NCBI RefSeq assembly: GCF_035084215.1
Contig: NC_090333.1
Coordinates: 36,766,001 to 36,830,000 of the forward strand
Origin: Heptranchias perlo
Taxonomy: Eukaryota
DNA: 64,000 nt
Direction: 5' to 3'
The notes under the pieces are model-generated. The model saw only the letters and a program-made list of their open reading frames with translations. It had not been told where the DNA came from and searched no databases. The stretch's first letter is position 1; the number at the start of each line of letters is the position of its first letter. Of the stretch, positions 1-11,779 are shown one piece after another. The position numbers and the translations under genes are program-made.

Positions 1-36
1 TGGACTGATTTGGGATTTCTAACATTTGTTCAGTAC
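1..36 (-). CDS. SHISAL2A: SHISAL2A probable exon 3, 5' part only (runs off window)
   Basis: Minus-strand acceptor gttttgtttctctgcag|GT at 37/36. The phase-1 join to exon 2 gives an open frame ..LDLQTP-S-TEQMLEIPNQS. No homology check was possible on 12 codons. Confidence 0.6.
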
Positions 37-295
37 CTGCAGAGAAACAAAACATCCATATAAACGGTTAAACAGTTTCAGAGGTGTCCTTGAAGACCAA
101 GAGAAGCCCTTGTGGCAGGTTATATGAGTTGACATAGTGGTTGTTAGTTAAGACAGTGCTTGAGCATCTTGAGAGGTTTCTCTTTGTATTAATTAGTTTT
201 CCTGACACCCTAGTGCTGAAAGACAAAGAGTACGACCAGTATGGAGTGAAGGCAGTACAAGTGAGAGAAGATGTGTACCAGCACCAGTACCTAGA

Positions 296-750
296 CTTAT
301 CTTAGCTACCCTTGTAAGGTCATTGAGTCTCTTCCTGCACTGTGTGGCAATTCTTGGGATGGTGAAAGAAGCACTGACTATCTCTGCCACTTCCCCCCCA
401 CACACCCTTCACAATGGGGCTTCCTGCCTTCAGAGCCAACCATCTTGCTCTTCTGGACCTCACCTGTCAAAAAGATCTCTATGGATGCATCTGAGAATCT
501 GGGAGTCCTTCCAGCTGCTGACATCCCCAAGGCTGCTGCTTCAGCCATTCTTGGAGAAAAGTGATGTTGCCCTTTAACTGGCTGCAGCCTTTTAAAAGCC
601 CCACCAGAACTGAAGTTTCCTCCCTCCCAGTGATGATACGTTATCAGGAGCAGTTTACCGCTCCAAACCCAACCTACATTGCAGATGAGGGCCCCGCAAG
701 AAAACTGCAGGTTGGCAGCCCGTACCGATGGGAGGAGAATTCAACTCATA
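296..750 (-). mobile_element. Harbinger relic carrying a Myb/SANT ORF2 exon
   Basis: EVAEIVSASFTIPRIATQCRKRLNDLTRVAK matches the Harbinger Myb/SANT motif. It is followed by a decayed donor (AAG|ATAAG), with a weak TIR-like end near 750. Confidence 0.6.
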
Positions 751-1469
751 ATATCAACCTGGCCTAAACCCATAATTTGCATGGCTGCACCTTAGCTAGG
801 CAGTGGAGACTGGCAGTGTATAAGGATCCATAGTCCAGCATGAGTAAGCACCTTCAGGAAAAGAAGGAAGGCAAGGGAACAAAATAGAAAAAAAAGACAT
901 ACTGCAAAGTAAACAAACACCATCATGGTCAATTACTATGAGGTATATTGGGTGGATTTTATAAATTTGATGGAAAAAAAATCTGATTCAGGATCAGACT
1001 CCATTATACCCTGAACAGACTACAGTCTAACTGAACCAAAATGAAAGTCTGTTTGTCTTATACAAAAATGCTCCAGTGGTTGCCGGGTTTACACTGAGAA
1101 TAGGAGCTGGGAACAAAAGCAGATGTCTGATGCGATGCTATAAATCAAAAAGATTGACTGGTAAATTCATGTGTCAATCACTGACTCATGGACCATCTAA
1201 AATGACTGCTCCATCTACAAATGAAATGAATGAAGTGGCTGTGAGATCACCAGTGAGGCGAGTGTATAAACTCCAGAGTAAACTCCATCCAGGACATACA
1301 GCAAAGGGGGCATACAGTAGATCAGAAAATTGCCTAGCATTTCTTTTTTGCAAGGAGTATCATAATTTATGGAATCCATCAAAAAGATCACACCCATAAT
1401 CTTCCTATGTTTATTGTTTTCCCCCAAACATCAATAAGATCAAAAGATAATTACTATCTTAATTCATCC

Positions 1470-2250
1470 ATCCAGAGAGATCCTTGTTGCATTCAGTTAT
1501 TTTTTATAATTTTTCCAGGGTTTTGGCCTCCACCATTCTACCTGGAAGTTTATTCCATACGTTGGTTACTCGTTCTGTGAAGAAGTCTTTCCTGATATCA
1601 GTTCTAATATTACCTTTTACCAGTTTCAACCCATGTCCCCTAGTTCTATACCCATGTTTTAATTTAAAGTAACGTTCCAGCTTTTTCTATCTTATCTTAT
1701 ATACCTCTATAAGAGCAGCTCTCAAACACCTCCTTTCCAAGCTGAAAACCCCAAGTTTCTCCAGTCTTTCCTCATAACTCAGACTATTAACACTAGAGAT
1801 CGGCCTCATGGCTTTTCTTTGCAATGACTCCAGCACTTGAATGTCTCTCTTATTTCTTGTCAAATAGAACTGGACACAGTATTCAAGGTGCAGGCTGACC
1901 AGAGCACTATAAAGTTTGATCATTACCTCCTCTGACTTATGTTCTGCTGCTTTGGCTATGCAGTTCAATATCCTATTGGTCTTGTTGATTACTACAATGC
2001 ATTGGTTGAACAGGTTTAGTGCTGAGTCGGCTAAGACTCCTGGGTCTCTTTCAGCTTCATCCTTAGCTATTTCATTGAGTACATGTGTTGTCTATTTTTC
2101 CTTCCTGTGTGTAGTACTTTACATTTGTCTGCATTAAAATTCATCTGCCATTGTTCTGCCCACTTACATGTTTCATCCAACTTGTTTTGCAATTTCTGAG
2201 CTGCCTGCTCCAGTTACACAGCCTCTTCTAGTTTGGTATCATTTGCAAAT
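1470..2250 (-). mobile_element. CR1 LINE 3' fragment
   Basis: ORF 1687-1968 reads LYSALVSLHLEYCVQF...LSYEERLEKLGVFSLERRCLR, the CR1 RT C-terminus. Confidence 0.85.
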
Positions 2251-2930
2251 TGATTCAATCAATAATGCCCAGCTTTCAGTGACTGTCATTCTACACACTT
2301 TACAACATGTATACTTATTCACTCTCAACCAGAGTCAATAATATACAAGTAGCACTACAATAAATTATATATACTTGATTGATATGGATGTAATTGGTGT
2401 AAATCGCACCTGAGTAGTCTCACAAGATTGTAAACCAATATGTGGATAGCAGAATGACAGTGCTTTGATCTCCATTCACATCTAATTACAGCAAAAGATC
2501 TGTCATGCAAAAACACCAAACTGTAGTTAATTATTGTGAAGAATTAAACACCCACTAACTTATACATCCACAAATCAGCATCAGTCCAGCTGCCTACCTT
2601 CCCATTCATGCTCACCGTCTTTCATATTAATGTTTAAACAATAGACAAGATTGGTCTTGTTGTTTATTTAAGTTGCTGCCTGTATTTCTTTAGCACAAGC
2701 TAAAAGCACAGCAGGGGCGGATGCTCCCCCACAAATGTTCAATTTTAGACAGTTTATTTGGTGCAGTATCCAGTATTTTGCAGTAAAATTTATTGTATTC
2801 TTTATTCAATATATTAGAATCCACTGAGTAGAACAGAAAACCACGATCACAAATACATGTCAAGAGGCCACCTCATGATTCATCTCCCTGTTTTATATAT
2901 TTCAACGCCCAAATGCAAAAAATACATAAA

Positions 2931-3570
2931 TCTGGAGGATGGCCTTGAGGAGAATCCAGCACCTGGAGGCAGCCTGGAGAAAGAGCTTGGGAACAGGAGG
3001 TGGCCTGGGGAAAGCTCAGGACCAAGAGGCGGCCTGGGAGACAGCTCCAGACCTGGAAATAGCCTGGACCTGGAGGAGGGCTGGAGGAGAGCTCAAAACT
3101 TGAAAGAGGCCTGAGGAAGGTCAGCTTCAGACCAATAGGTTGCCTGAAGCAATGTACAGGACCTGGAGGATGCCTGCAGGAGAGTTCAGGACCTGGAGCC
3201 GGTCTGGGGAAGAGGTTTGGATTTGGTGAAGCTGGAGGAGAATTTGTGACATGGAGGTGTCTTGGAGGAGTGCACCTCCAGATTCTACCCTTCATCTTTC
3301 AGATCCACCCTTGATCACAGATATCTTCATGATATTCAGCGTTCCTCAAACAAAATCTACAACAAGATCTGGAGGTGGCCTGAAGGAGAGCTCTGGACCT
3401 GTAGGAGGTATGAACGAGAGCTCGGGGCCTGAAGTTAGTCTGGTGGAGAGCTCCGAACTTGGAAGCAGCCTGCAGGAGAGTTTGGAACTTGGAGGATTCC
3501 TGAAGGAGGCCTTGGGAGACCGCTGAAGTAGGAATCTGCAGGCAGCCTGGAGAAATAATTCAAAGGTGGA
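2931..3570 (+). repeat. Degenerate 30-bp tandem repeat in two blocks
   Basis: Unit is approximately cctggaggtggcctggaggagagctcagga. It translates on + as decapeptides SGGGLKESSG/PVGGMNESSG/PEVSLVESSE/LGSSLQESLE. Confidence 0.8.
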
Positions 3571-3667
3571 GAGGTATTTGAAATCAAAGCTATGGGAGGG
3601 AACAAACAAGCCCTCCTTTGACTCCATTCTTGATGTCAAAGTATGCGATGCGTGACAGACGTATGCC

Positions 3668-4312
3668 ACATATGAACATACGAACAATGACAGACTGGAA
3701 AAGACCCACTGGTCCATGCAGCCCATCCCACACAATTGCAATGCCTTGTGTATCACAACATATGCACTCCCTACCCCACCCGAAAGTCATGTAATGTCCT
3801 GGGAAAGGCAAAAAAAAAGATAAAAACCCAGGCCAATTAGAGGGGAAAAAATGAAAAATTCCTCTTCATCCCCCTTAGGCAATCAAAACTAGTCCAGAAG
3901 ACCATTCTGGCCCTGATTAAGGTTACACAGTACCTACCTTTTGTACGAGTTGATCTCCGCCCCAGCCAAAAATTGGTCCAGTTCTCGTCTGAAGGAATTC
4001 AGTGAATCAGCGTCCACCGCACGACCCGGCAGCCATTCTCTGGGAAAAGAACCACCTCCTAACATCTAACCAAGTTCTGGCCTTACATAACTTGAGATTG
4101 TGGCCCCTGGTCCTCCCTAACCTATTTAGTTGAAACAAACTGTCTACACAAACACTATCTAAACCCTTCATCATCTCATAAGCCTCGATCAAATCACCCC
4201 TAGCTCTATGCTTCTCTAACGTGCTCTTTGAGCCTATCTTGATAACTAATATGCTTCAAACTTTGAATTAATCTTGTGGCCCTCCTCTGCACCCTTTTCA
4301 AAGCCTCAATAT
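3668..4312 (-). mobile_element. CR1 LINE 3' end with long 3' UTR
   Basis: IEAYEMMKGLD..RTRGHNLKL..FFSQR, with an 8-mer tail (acatatgaacatacgaac on +). Same family as 4987-5157 and 61400-61977. Confidence 0.85.
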
Positions 4313-4986
4313 CAAAATTATATCACCGTTTATAGTGACTGAGAAGTTAGCAAACTCTTGTCAGCTGAAACTTTAAGTAGGTATGCACCGTATACGATCG
4401 ACAAAAATTGTGGGCGAGTTTGTTAAAAAAGGACAGAAAAAGCAGCTGACAGGAAAACTAATAGGGTGTGAAATTAAGCCGTGTAGCGCCCGTCTTGTAG
4501 GTGCTACGCGGACACCTAAGCCCTGAAAATGGTGTCCAAGATGTGAAGTGCACAGGACACCATCTTGGTAAAGGGGGTTGTGCATGCATACCTAACGACC
4601 GCCGACAGCATGTAGAGTAGGGAGATTATGGCGCGAATCAGTGTGGAACGCTGATTTGAAGCAGCGGGCGACATTTTGGAACTCCACACTCCAGCCAACG
4701 CACTGTCTTAACCTCACACAGCTGAAAAGGACTTAAATAGCATAAAGGACACCCCACCAGCACTATTGAAAGGAGACATGCAGGAGTTACAGATTAGTTG
4801 TTGGATTATTGCTTCTGGCTGCTAATGCAATTGTACACGTATTTGGAAGTTTCCTATACTTGGCTAATTCTACAGAGAGTAGTCTGGGTGGTCTTGCAGT
4901 ATTTTTAGTGGCATTTAAAATATTGTGCTGATAAAAGTTGCTTTCAGACAAGGGTGGCCTGATAGGGCTTCCTCTGGGAATTGAAC

Positions 4987-5157
4987 AGCGGTGGACGCTG
5001 ATTCACTGAATTCCTTCAGACGAGAACTGGACCAGTTTCTGGCTGGGGTGGAGGTCAACTCATATGTAACATTAATCAGGGCTAAATTGGTCTCTTGCAC
5101 TAGTTTCGATCGCCTAAGGGGGTTGGACAGGAAACTTTCATTTTTTTACCTCTAATT
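4987..5157 (+). mobile_element. CR1 3'-region fragment interrupting the Harbinger transposase 5' end
   Basis: gctgattcactgaattccttcagacgagaactggaccag matches the reverse complement of the 3960-4020 region and matches about 61650-61830. Confidence 0.75.
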
Positions 5158-6165
5158 GGCACTCAGGGACCAATTCTCTTACCTCAACTTCAGTGACGAC
5201 CAGTGCATCAGACAGCTGCGGTTCACTAAAGAGGTCGTGACTGAAATTTATCAACTGCTGCAGCCACAACTGCAGCCTCAGAATAGGGCAAGGACAGCAT
5301 TACCTGTGGCTGTCAAGTTAACCGTGGCGCTTAATTTTTATGGCTCTAGCTCCTTTCAGGCTGCTGCTGGTGATATAAGCAACATCTCACAGTTTGCAGT
5401 GCACTGCTGTATAAAGGAGGTCACTGAGGCTCTGTACACACTCAAACAGATTCATCTCATCCCCTCTTGTCAGAGACAAGCAGCGGGAGTGAGCACGAGG
5501 GTGTGCTTGCATCGCAGGCTTCCCCATGGTGCAGGGTGCCATTGACTGTACACATATTGCTATGAATGCTTCACATCAGAACTCGGCCATATTCATGAAC
5601 AGAAAGGGATTCCACTCCCTCAATGTGCAGCTGGTGTGTAACCACATGCAGCACATCAGGTCAATACCCGCTGTCCTAGCAGCAGTCCATGATTCCTACA
5701 TCCCGCGGCAGTCCAATGTGCCACCTATATTTCAACCAGCACGGCAAATCAAAAGCTGGCACTGGGTGACAAGGGCTATCCCTTCATGAAATGGCTCATG
5801 ACTCTGGTCAGGAACCTATGCACACGTGCACAGCAGGCCTACAACGAGAACCATGCTGCCATACAGAACATCATAGAGCACACCATAGGCATCCTCAAGC
5901 AATGCTTCCGCTGCCTGGACTACCCTGGAGGAGCCCTGCAGTACTCAACTGACCGGGTATCAAGATTTTTCGTTGTATGCTGCATGCTGCACAACCTGGC
6001 CATTATGAGGGGACAGCCCTTGTCACCACCTATCCGGTGAGAACCTGAGCAAGAGGAGGAAGAGGTGGAGGAGGAGGTGGAGGAGGAGGCAGGGAGGCTA
6101 CAAGGTAGACAGGCCCTGTCTGCCAGGGCTCTACGTGATCAGATGATTAATGAACAATACCAGTA
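5158..6165 (+). pseudogene. Harbinger (HARBI1-like) DDE transposase, frameshifted
   Basis: LRFTKE..ALPVAVKLTVALNFYGSSSFQ, GAIDCTHI, NRKGFHSLNVQLVC, HDS, GDKGYP (about 5765-5782) and NIIEHTIGILKQCFRCL..CCMLHN are spread over several frames, followed by an acidic tail. Confidence 0.9.
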
Positions 6166-6399
6166 ACCTCAACGACATCTCCCCATTCACCAACAGTCCC
6201 ACACTCTTAACCTTTCCTCTCTCATATGACCATAAAATTGTCCTCCTTATGATTACACATTGTTTCCTCCCTCAGCTCATCGCAGAAATGAAAACCAACA
6301 CCAAATACAAATTCATAACCACATTTATAGATTTACAGATCAAATGATTCAAACAAAATGATACTATTCACCCTTGTGCATTCTCTCAATGTCTGTCGT

Positions 6400-8172
6400 T
6401 CATGTGCCTTTATCTTTCCTAGTGCTCCTACGAGGTGCATCCCCAGTGGCTGGAGCATAGGTAGTGGACTGTTGAGAAGTGTTGAAATGGCCTGAGAGGA
6501 CGACCTCAAGCAGCTTTGACCGAGAGGCCCCAGCTTCAGACTGCACCATCTCAGCCAGGGCTGCAGCAGTCTGGCCTGGCTGGCTGACAGGCAACAGCAA
6601 AGGCACTGGTGGAGTGGCAGAGGAGAGGGCAGGAATGGTGTCAGCCTGAAAGAAAACAGCACGTACGACTGCCATGGCACTACTGCCACTCTCCCGGGGC
6701 GGCGCCTCAGCAATCCTGGTGAACAGATTGCTGGACTGTTGTGACGTCCTAGAAGCCCCTTTTCACAGTGGAACCTAGAGCCATGATAGCAGCAGTCTGA
6801 GCTAACAAGGCAACAGTCTGACCTTGGATGGCAACTGTTGGTGTTGCAACGGAAGCTACAACATCGGTCATCAGATGCTGTATCATGGTGGATTCTACAG
6901 GTGTGCTGATGGAGGTGACCACCCATTCTATGTTGGAAAGGATGGACTCCAAGCTCTGCATAAAGCCCTGTGCCAAGTGCAGCTGGACAACTCCATGCCC
7001 CTTGACATTGTGCGCAGGCTTTCTGGCAAGCTTTCCAGTTTACCAAGCCTTTAGTTGTGTACGCCCATCAGCCTTCTTCTGGTGCAACCTCACCCTCGGG
7101 TGAGCCGGCATCTGCAGTATCCATTCCCCCCACACCAGCTCCTTGCCACTGGTGCCCGGTGTCTCATCACGTGCAGATCCCTCCTCTATCTTAGCCTCTA
7201 AATTACGCGCAGTGTCAGTCTCTGAGCTGGTGCCTGCGAGTGGAAGATCAAGTGATGGTGTATCTGCATCATCACTGTCGTCTTTTTTTGCCTTCTCTGA
7301 CTGGGCAGGTTCCAGTTCTTGGGTATCTGAAATGACAAAAGGACACAGGTTGAGTTTTAGTGCAGGGAGAGGAGAAAGTAAGACGTGTGTGCTCACACCA
7401 TCTGCAGCATGGGAGTCAGAAAAGATTGTAGGATGAGGGAGGAGCGAGAAGCGAGAAGGAGGATTAGGTATGCAGAGACCCTAATCATTGATACCTCCAG
7501 CACCGCCAGTGGCCATGGCTGCAACAACGGCCCGCCCAATAATGGATAGCACTGTCTCCTTCATGGGGTGAGCCCGTGTAGGTGTGCTTGTCCTCCCCCA
7601 GTTCTTTCCTGCTGTCTACTGTTGCGCGCCACCTTCTCTTGCAAGAAAGAGGGAAGTGTATCAGTGAGTGTCCTGCAAGATGTTTGGTTGATGTGGCTGT
7701 CATGGTTGACTAGCTGCCAGCGTGTGTGACCTGTGACTTATGGGTGTGCGGCTTGCAAGAGTGGTAATGTGTGAGGGTGAAATGAAGCATCTGATTTGCA
7801 GGGTTGCGTACTAATGGAAAGAGTTTGTTGGTAGGTGGTTATGGGGGGTTGTAGTACGTGGAGCAGTGGATGAGGCTAGTGATGCAGTGACAGGTTATGC
7901 CACTTGACAGTGAACTCACCTTGACCACTTGTGTCAAATCATTGAACTTCTTCCTGCACTGCATCCATGTGCATGGTGCGATGCTCCTGGCATTTACCTC
8001 GTGCACGACTTCCTCCCACTGCCTCTTCAGTATATTTCTGGAGGACCCCTTGCCCCTCCTGCGGATATAGGATGCCCCTCCTTCTGGCCACCTCTTCCAC
8101 CAAGGCCTCTAATGCACCGCCCCAGAACCTTGGTACACACTCTCCTGAAGGCACAGCCATTCCTCGCTATCA
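6400..8172 (-). pseudogene. Harbinger ORF2 Myb/SANT DNA-binding protein, probably 3 exons, frameshifted
   Basis: RFWGGALEALVEEVARRRGILYP..WEEVVHEVNARS..QCRKKFNDLTQVVK|gtgag (exon ends 7920); exon 2 KVARNSRQQERTG near 7640; exon 3 acceptor gtcatttcag near 7326. Confidence 0.8.
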
Positions 8173-8769
8173 TGCAGCACAGAGTTAGCTACCAAATGAA
8201 TTCCAGCTCTTCCTGCAGCCAGAGTGCACCCCCCCCTTCAAGAGATGCAGGCTGCCTTTAAGTAGTGCTAGCCACTCCCGATATCGGGGCCCCCTCACTG
8301 GTGCATGTAGCCAATCAACAGCGCAGGTAGCACTGGCTGCATGCAGCAACCATTAAAATCACCAGGCAGCATGAATGTTACGTGCTGCCTGCATCGCAAA
8401 CAATGGGCGCGGATTAAACGAGCACCGCGATTCCAGTGCCCGTTTTTGGGGGTTAACCAATTTAACCCCCATGGTGTTTGTAAGATGGATCTACAGAGAG
8501 GAAATGAACTGTGGGTTTGACAAAAAAATAAAATACCAAATTAAGTAATTCAATTTGAACAAAGAAGAGAGAAAGGAACAGACTAAGGAGCAGAAAAAGA
8601 TATAATTTGGATTTATGTGATTAAAGGCTCTTAAAGTATCATATTAAGTGTTACAGGACATTATGGAATCCTACCGGAATTTACAGTTTATCCAATGGGA
8701 GCCTATGGCTATTACTTCTAAGGGTCTGCGAAGAACCTGTAAGTTTGTTATATAATAACCTATTGGCTA

Positions 8770-9060
<291 letters not shown>

Positions 9061-9910
9061 TCAAATGACACTGTTCTGCATTCAAACACATTCCTCCACA
9101 TAAAGGAACACAAGAAAACATGAAATGAGAAAAGGATATTTGACCTATCAAGCCTGCTCCCTCCACAGATCATGTATAAACTGTTCCATTATAGACTCTA
9201 TCCATTAATACACTCTTTACCTTACAGGGTTGCTCCTGACAGTAAGTGAGACTATAGCATAAACGATTCAGTACATAGGAATGGCAAAATGCCACCACCG
9301 GCAAAAGTAAATGACTGTCGCTACCAGCACTTGCACAAGATCTGCTATCTTGATTCTTGACACTTTTATCTTTGCCAGCCTGTGTGGACCCTCACAGCCT
9401 GGCAGTGGAGAAGTTTCTGAACACAGTGACAAATCCAGCTTTGTAATAACCTCTTGTAGTCACATTTGCAACATTCGAACAACGATGCAGGGGCAAATCT
9501 TGTTTTCCTGTTGTTGCCAAATCCAGTGCTCAGTATAAACAGGATGACTTTGGCAAAAGAGAATTAGCACAGTTACAGAAGTTTTACACAAATACTCCCT
9601 TTCCACCTCATGTAATCAAGTAAAACTCCAGGATATTCCACATTCTAACTACTCTCTGGGTGAAAAAGTTTCCCCTGAATTGACTATTGGATTCATTGGT
9701 GACTATCTTATGTTTATGGCCCCTAGTTTTGGTCTCCCCGACAAGTGGAAACATCATCTCTATGTCTACCCTATCAATGATGAGCTACAGCCAACAAGAT
9801 ATTGAAGTTGATAATATGTAAACTTATTTCCACATGAGTCATTCCTACAAGTATTCAGACTAAGGATGTCAGGGTACATTTTGATCTTAACAGTAATTAT
9901 TTACAACATA

Positions 9911-10437
9911 GGGGACGATTTTCCTGTTACCAACTCCCACCATCCCCCTGCGCTTGGCTGTCTGACGGGTGGAGTGCACTCAAAATGACCTGAAACAACT
10001 TGTATTTCCGGATGCAAGTCACTTACATAGGCCAGGCACTCCCCTGGAGGTGGCAAAGTTATCCACTGGCATCAGGACCTTCTGGCTGCTAACTAAAAAC
10101 TGTATCCACAAGGCCTCCTGTGCTGATCCCTGTCCTTCAAAGAAAAAAAGGACCTATGGTGGGTCCTGTTGTCTTTGAGCTCGATAGAAAAGGAGCTGGG
10201 AAAATGGTCACTTCTTCTTGATGCCCCTCAAAATGGGCACCCTTCTGACACTGAGGAGGTAAATTGGGTAGAAAGGCCAGGCTCCCTCCCACTCCATTAC
10301 AATGGCAACCATTAGCCTATGGCTATCCTGGGGCAACATAAAGGGGCAAAGACCTAATGTTATGGATTTCTGCCCCTTTTTCCTCACACCTAAGGAATAA
10401 GTGTTCTTCAGACACAAAGAACAGGAAAATCTGCCCC
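9911..10437. mobile_element. Harbinger-type MITE
   Basis: TIRs ggggacgattttcctgtt / aacaggaaaatctgcccc with a perfect 3-bp TSD ATA. Confidence 0.85.
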
Positions 10438-11564
10438 ATAATCTTTGAGTTTTGACAGTAGATTATCTTCCTTATAATAATAATTTCAGGAGTGAAATTG
10501 TGCAGCTATGTGTGCAAAATTTCTGTAAGAAACGATAAATTAAAACTAGCACAGCAGGATCAATAATGAAACCTAGCTGAGAAAGACTGAGGGCTGACTA
10601 TAACTATTCACACATACAGCTGACAATCACAAAGCACTCGGTCATTCCTGTGACAAATGGAGTAAGAGTGAAGAACGCGCAAACCAAGGTTTATGGATCA
10701 AGATCTGGAAAGCAAAGTGTCTCCTACCAAACCAAGGAGAAAGCCGCCAATATCCGGAAGGGGAAGCAGACGTGGGAGGCTATCACACAAGTGAGCTTCA
10801 TTAAATGTACCTTGCCATATGTGATAGGTGCCATTAATGAAAATCAAAGTAAATTACAGATTTCAATAGGCTTCTGCTTAAGTTTCTTAGTATAGTTGAC
10901 CTGAATGGATCCAGTAATCTGTTTCAAATGCAATACAAAGGGAGTGAATGAATATTGTTACGAATTAGCACAGTAAGATCAACAAAAGGAAAGCCTAGAA
11001 TGAGGCACCTGGGAAGGATTGAAGACTGATTATAATTATTTAAATACACAGCTCACAATTGCGCACTCAGTTCTTACAAACCTTCTGTAGGTAAGCTACA
11101 AAACTGTGCTGTTACCTTAAATAGATAAAATACTTTCTCATTCAATGCATATTAATCTTCTCCTTATAAAAAAAGCTGCCTTCAAAGGAAAGTAAGGAGT
11201 ACCGCTGTGAAATGGAAATGTCGGAGAGGCCATTGTCTGTGAAGTTGCACAGGGCCTACAAGTCGGACGAGGGGAATACACTCCAGGTTTATGTAATTAT
11301 AATCATGTACCTTCTCTGTGTAAATGTGATTCAACAGCTGTAAAACAGTGACTAAACAGCACCATAACATGTGCTGTGTACTATCTGAACAGCAATAACA
11401 ACATGTCCATTGAATTAGCACATTGCTATTTCTTCTGCAGATATATTACAACCCAGAAGCAATAAATTGGGGCCTCTTCCCACTGTATTCAGAGTTTTCA
11501 CTAGTTCAAGCACACCCAGAGAAACTAATTTCAGAGAGCCTTGGTAATTTAGAAAAGGAAGCAC

Positions 11565-11700
11565 CTTTTGAACACCTATATTAAATCTCTCCCTTAACCT
11601 TCTCTGTTCTAAGGAGAACAATCTCAGCTTCTCTAGTCTCCCCACGTAACTGACGACCCTCATCTTTGGTATAATTATAGTAAATTGCTGCACCCTTTCC
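11565..11700 (-). mobile_element. CR1 fragment
   Basis: RVQQFTIIIPKMRVVSYVGRLEKLRLFSLEQRRLR. Confidence 0.75.
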
Positions 11701-11779
11701 GAGTCTAAAGAGAGTTTTTTTTTAAATTTGTTCATGGGATGTGGGCGTCACTGGCAAGGCCAGCATTTATTGCCCATCC

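Larger units (their letters stand above)
4464..8470. mobile_element. Decayed autonomous-type PIF/Harbinger DNA transposon (convergent transposase and Myb genes)
   Basis: Imperfect TIRs gggtgtgaaatt / aatttaaccccc, flanked by ata/atg. DDE transposase on +, spliced Myb/SANT gene on -. Confidence 0.85.

Noticed and set aside
3346-3756. 136-aa minus ORF as SHISAL2A exon 3
   Set aside because: No phase-1 acceptor was found in that frame, and it overlaps a CR1 tail and the 30-bp repeat. The acceptor at 37/36 fits better.
5156-6040. Domesticated HARBI1 gene
   Set aside because: Frameshifted, interrupted by a CR1 fragment, and sits inside TIRs with a Myb partner, so it is a transposon copy.
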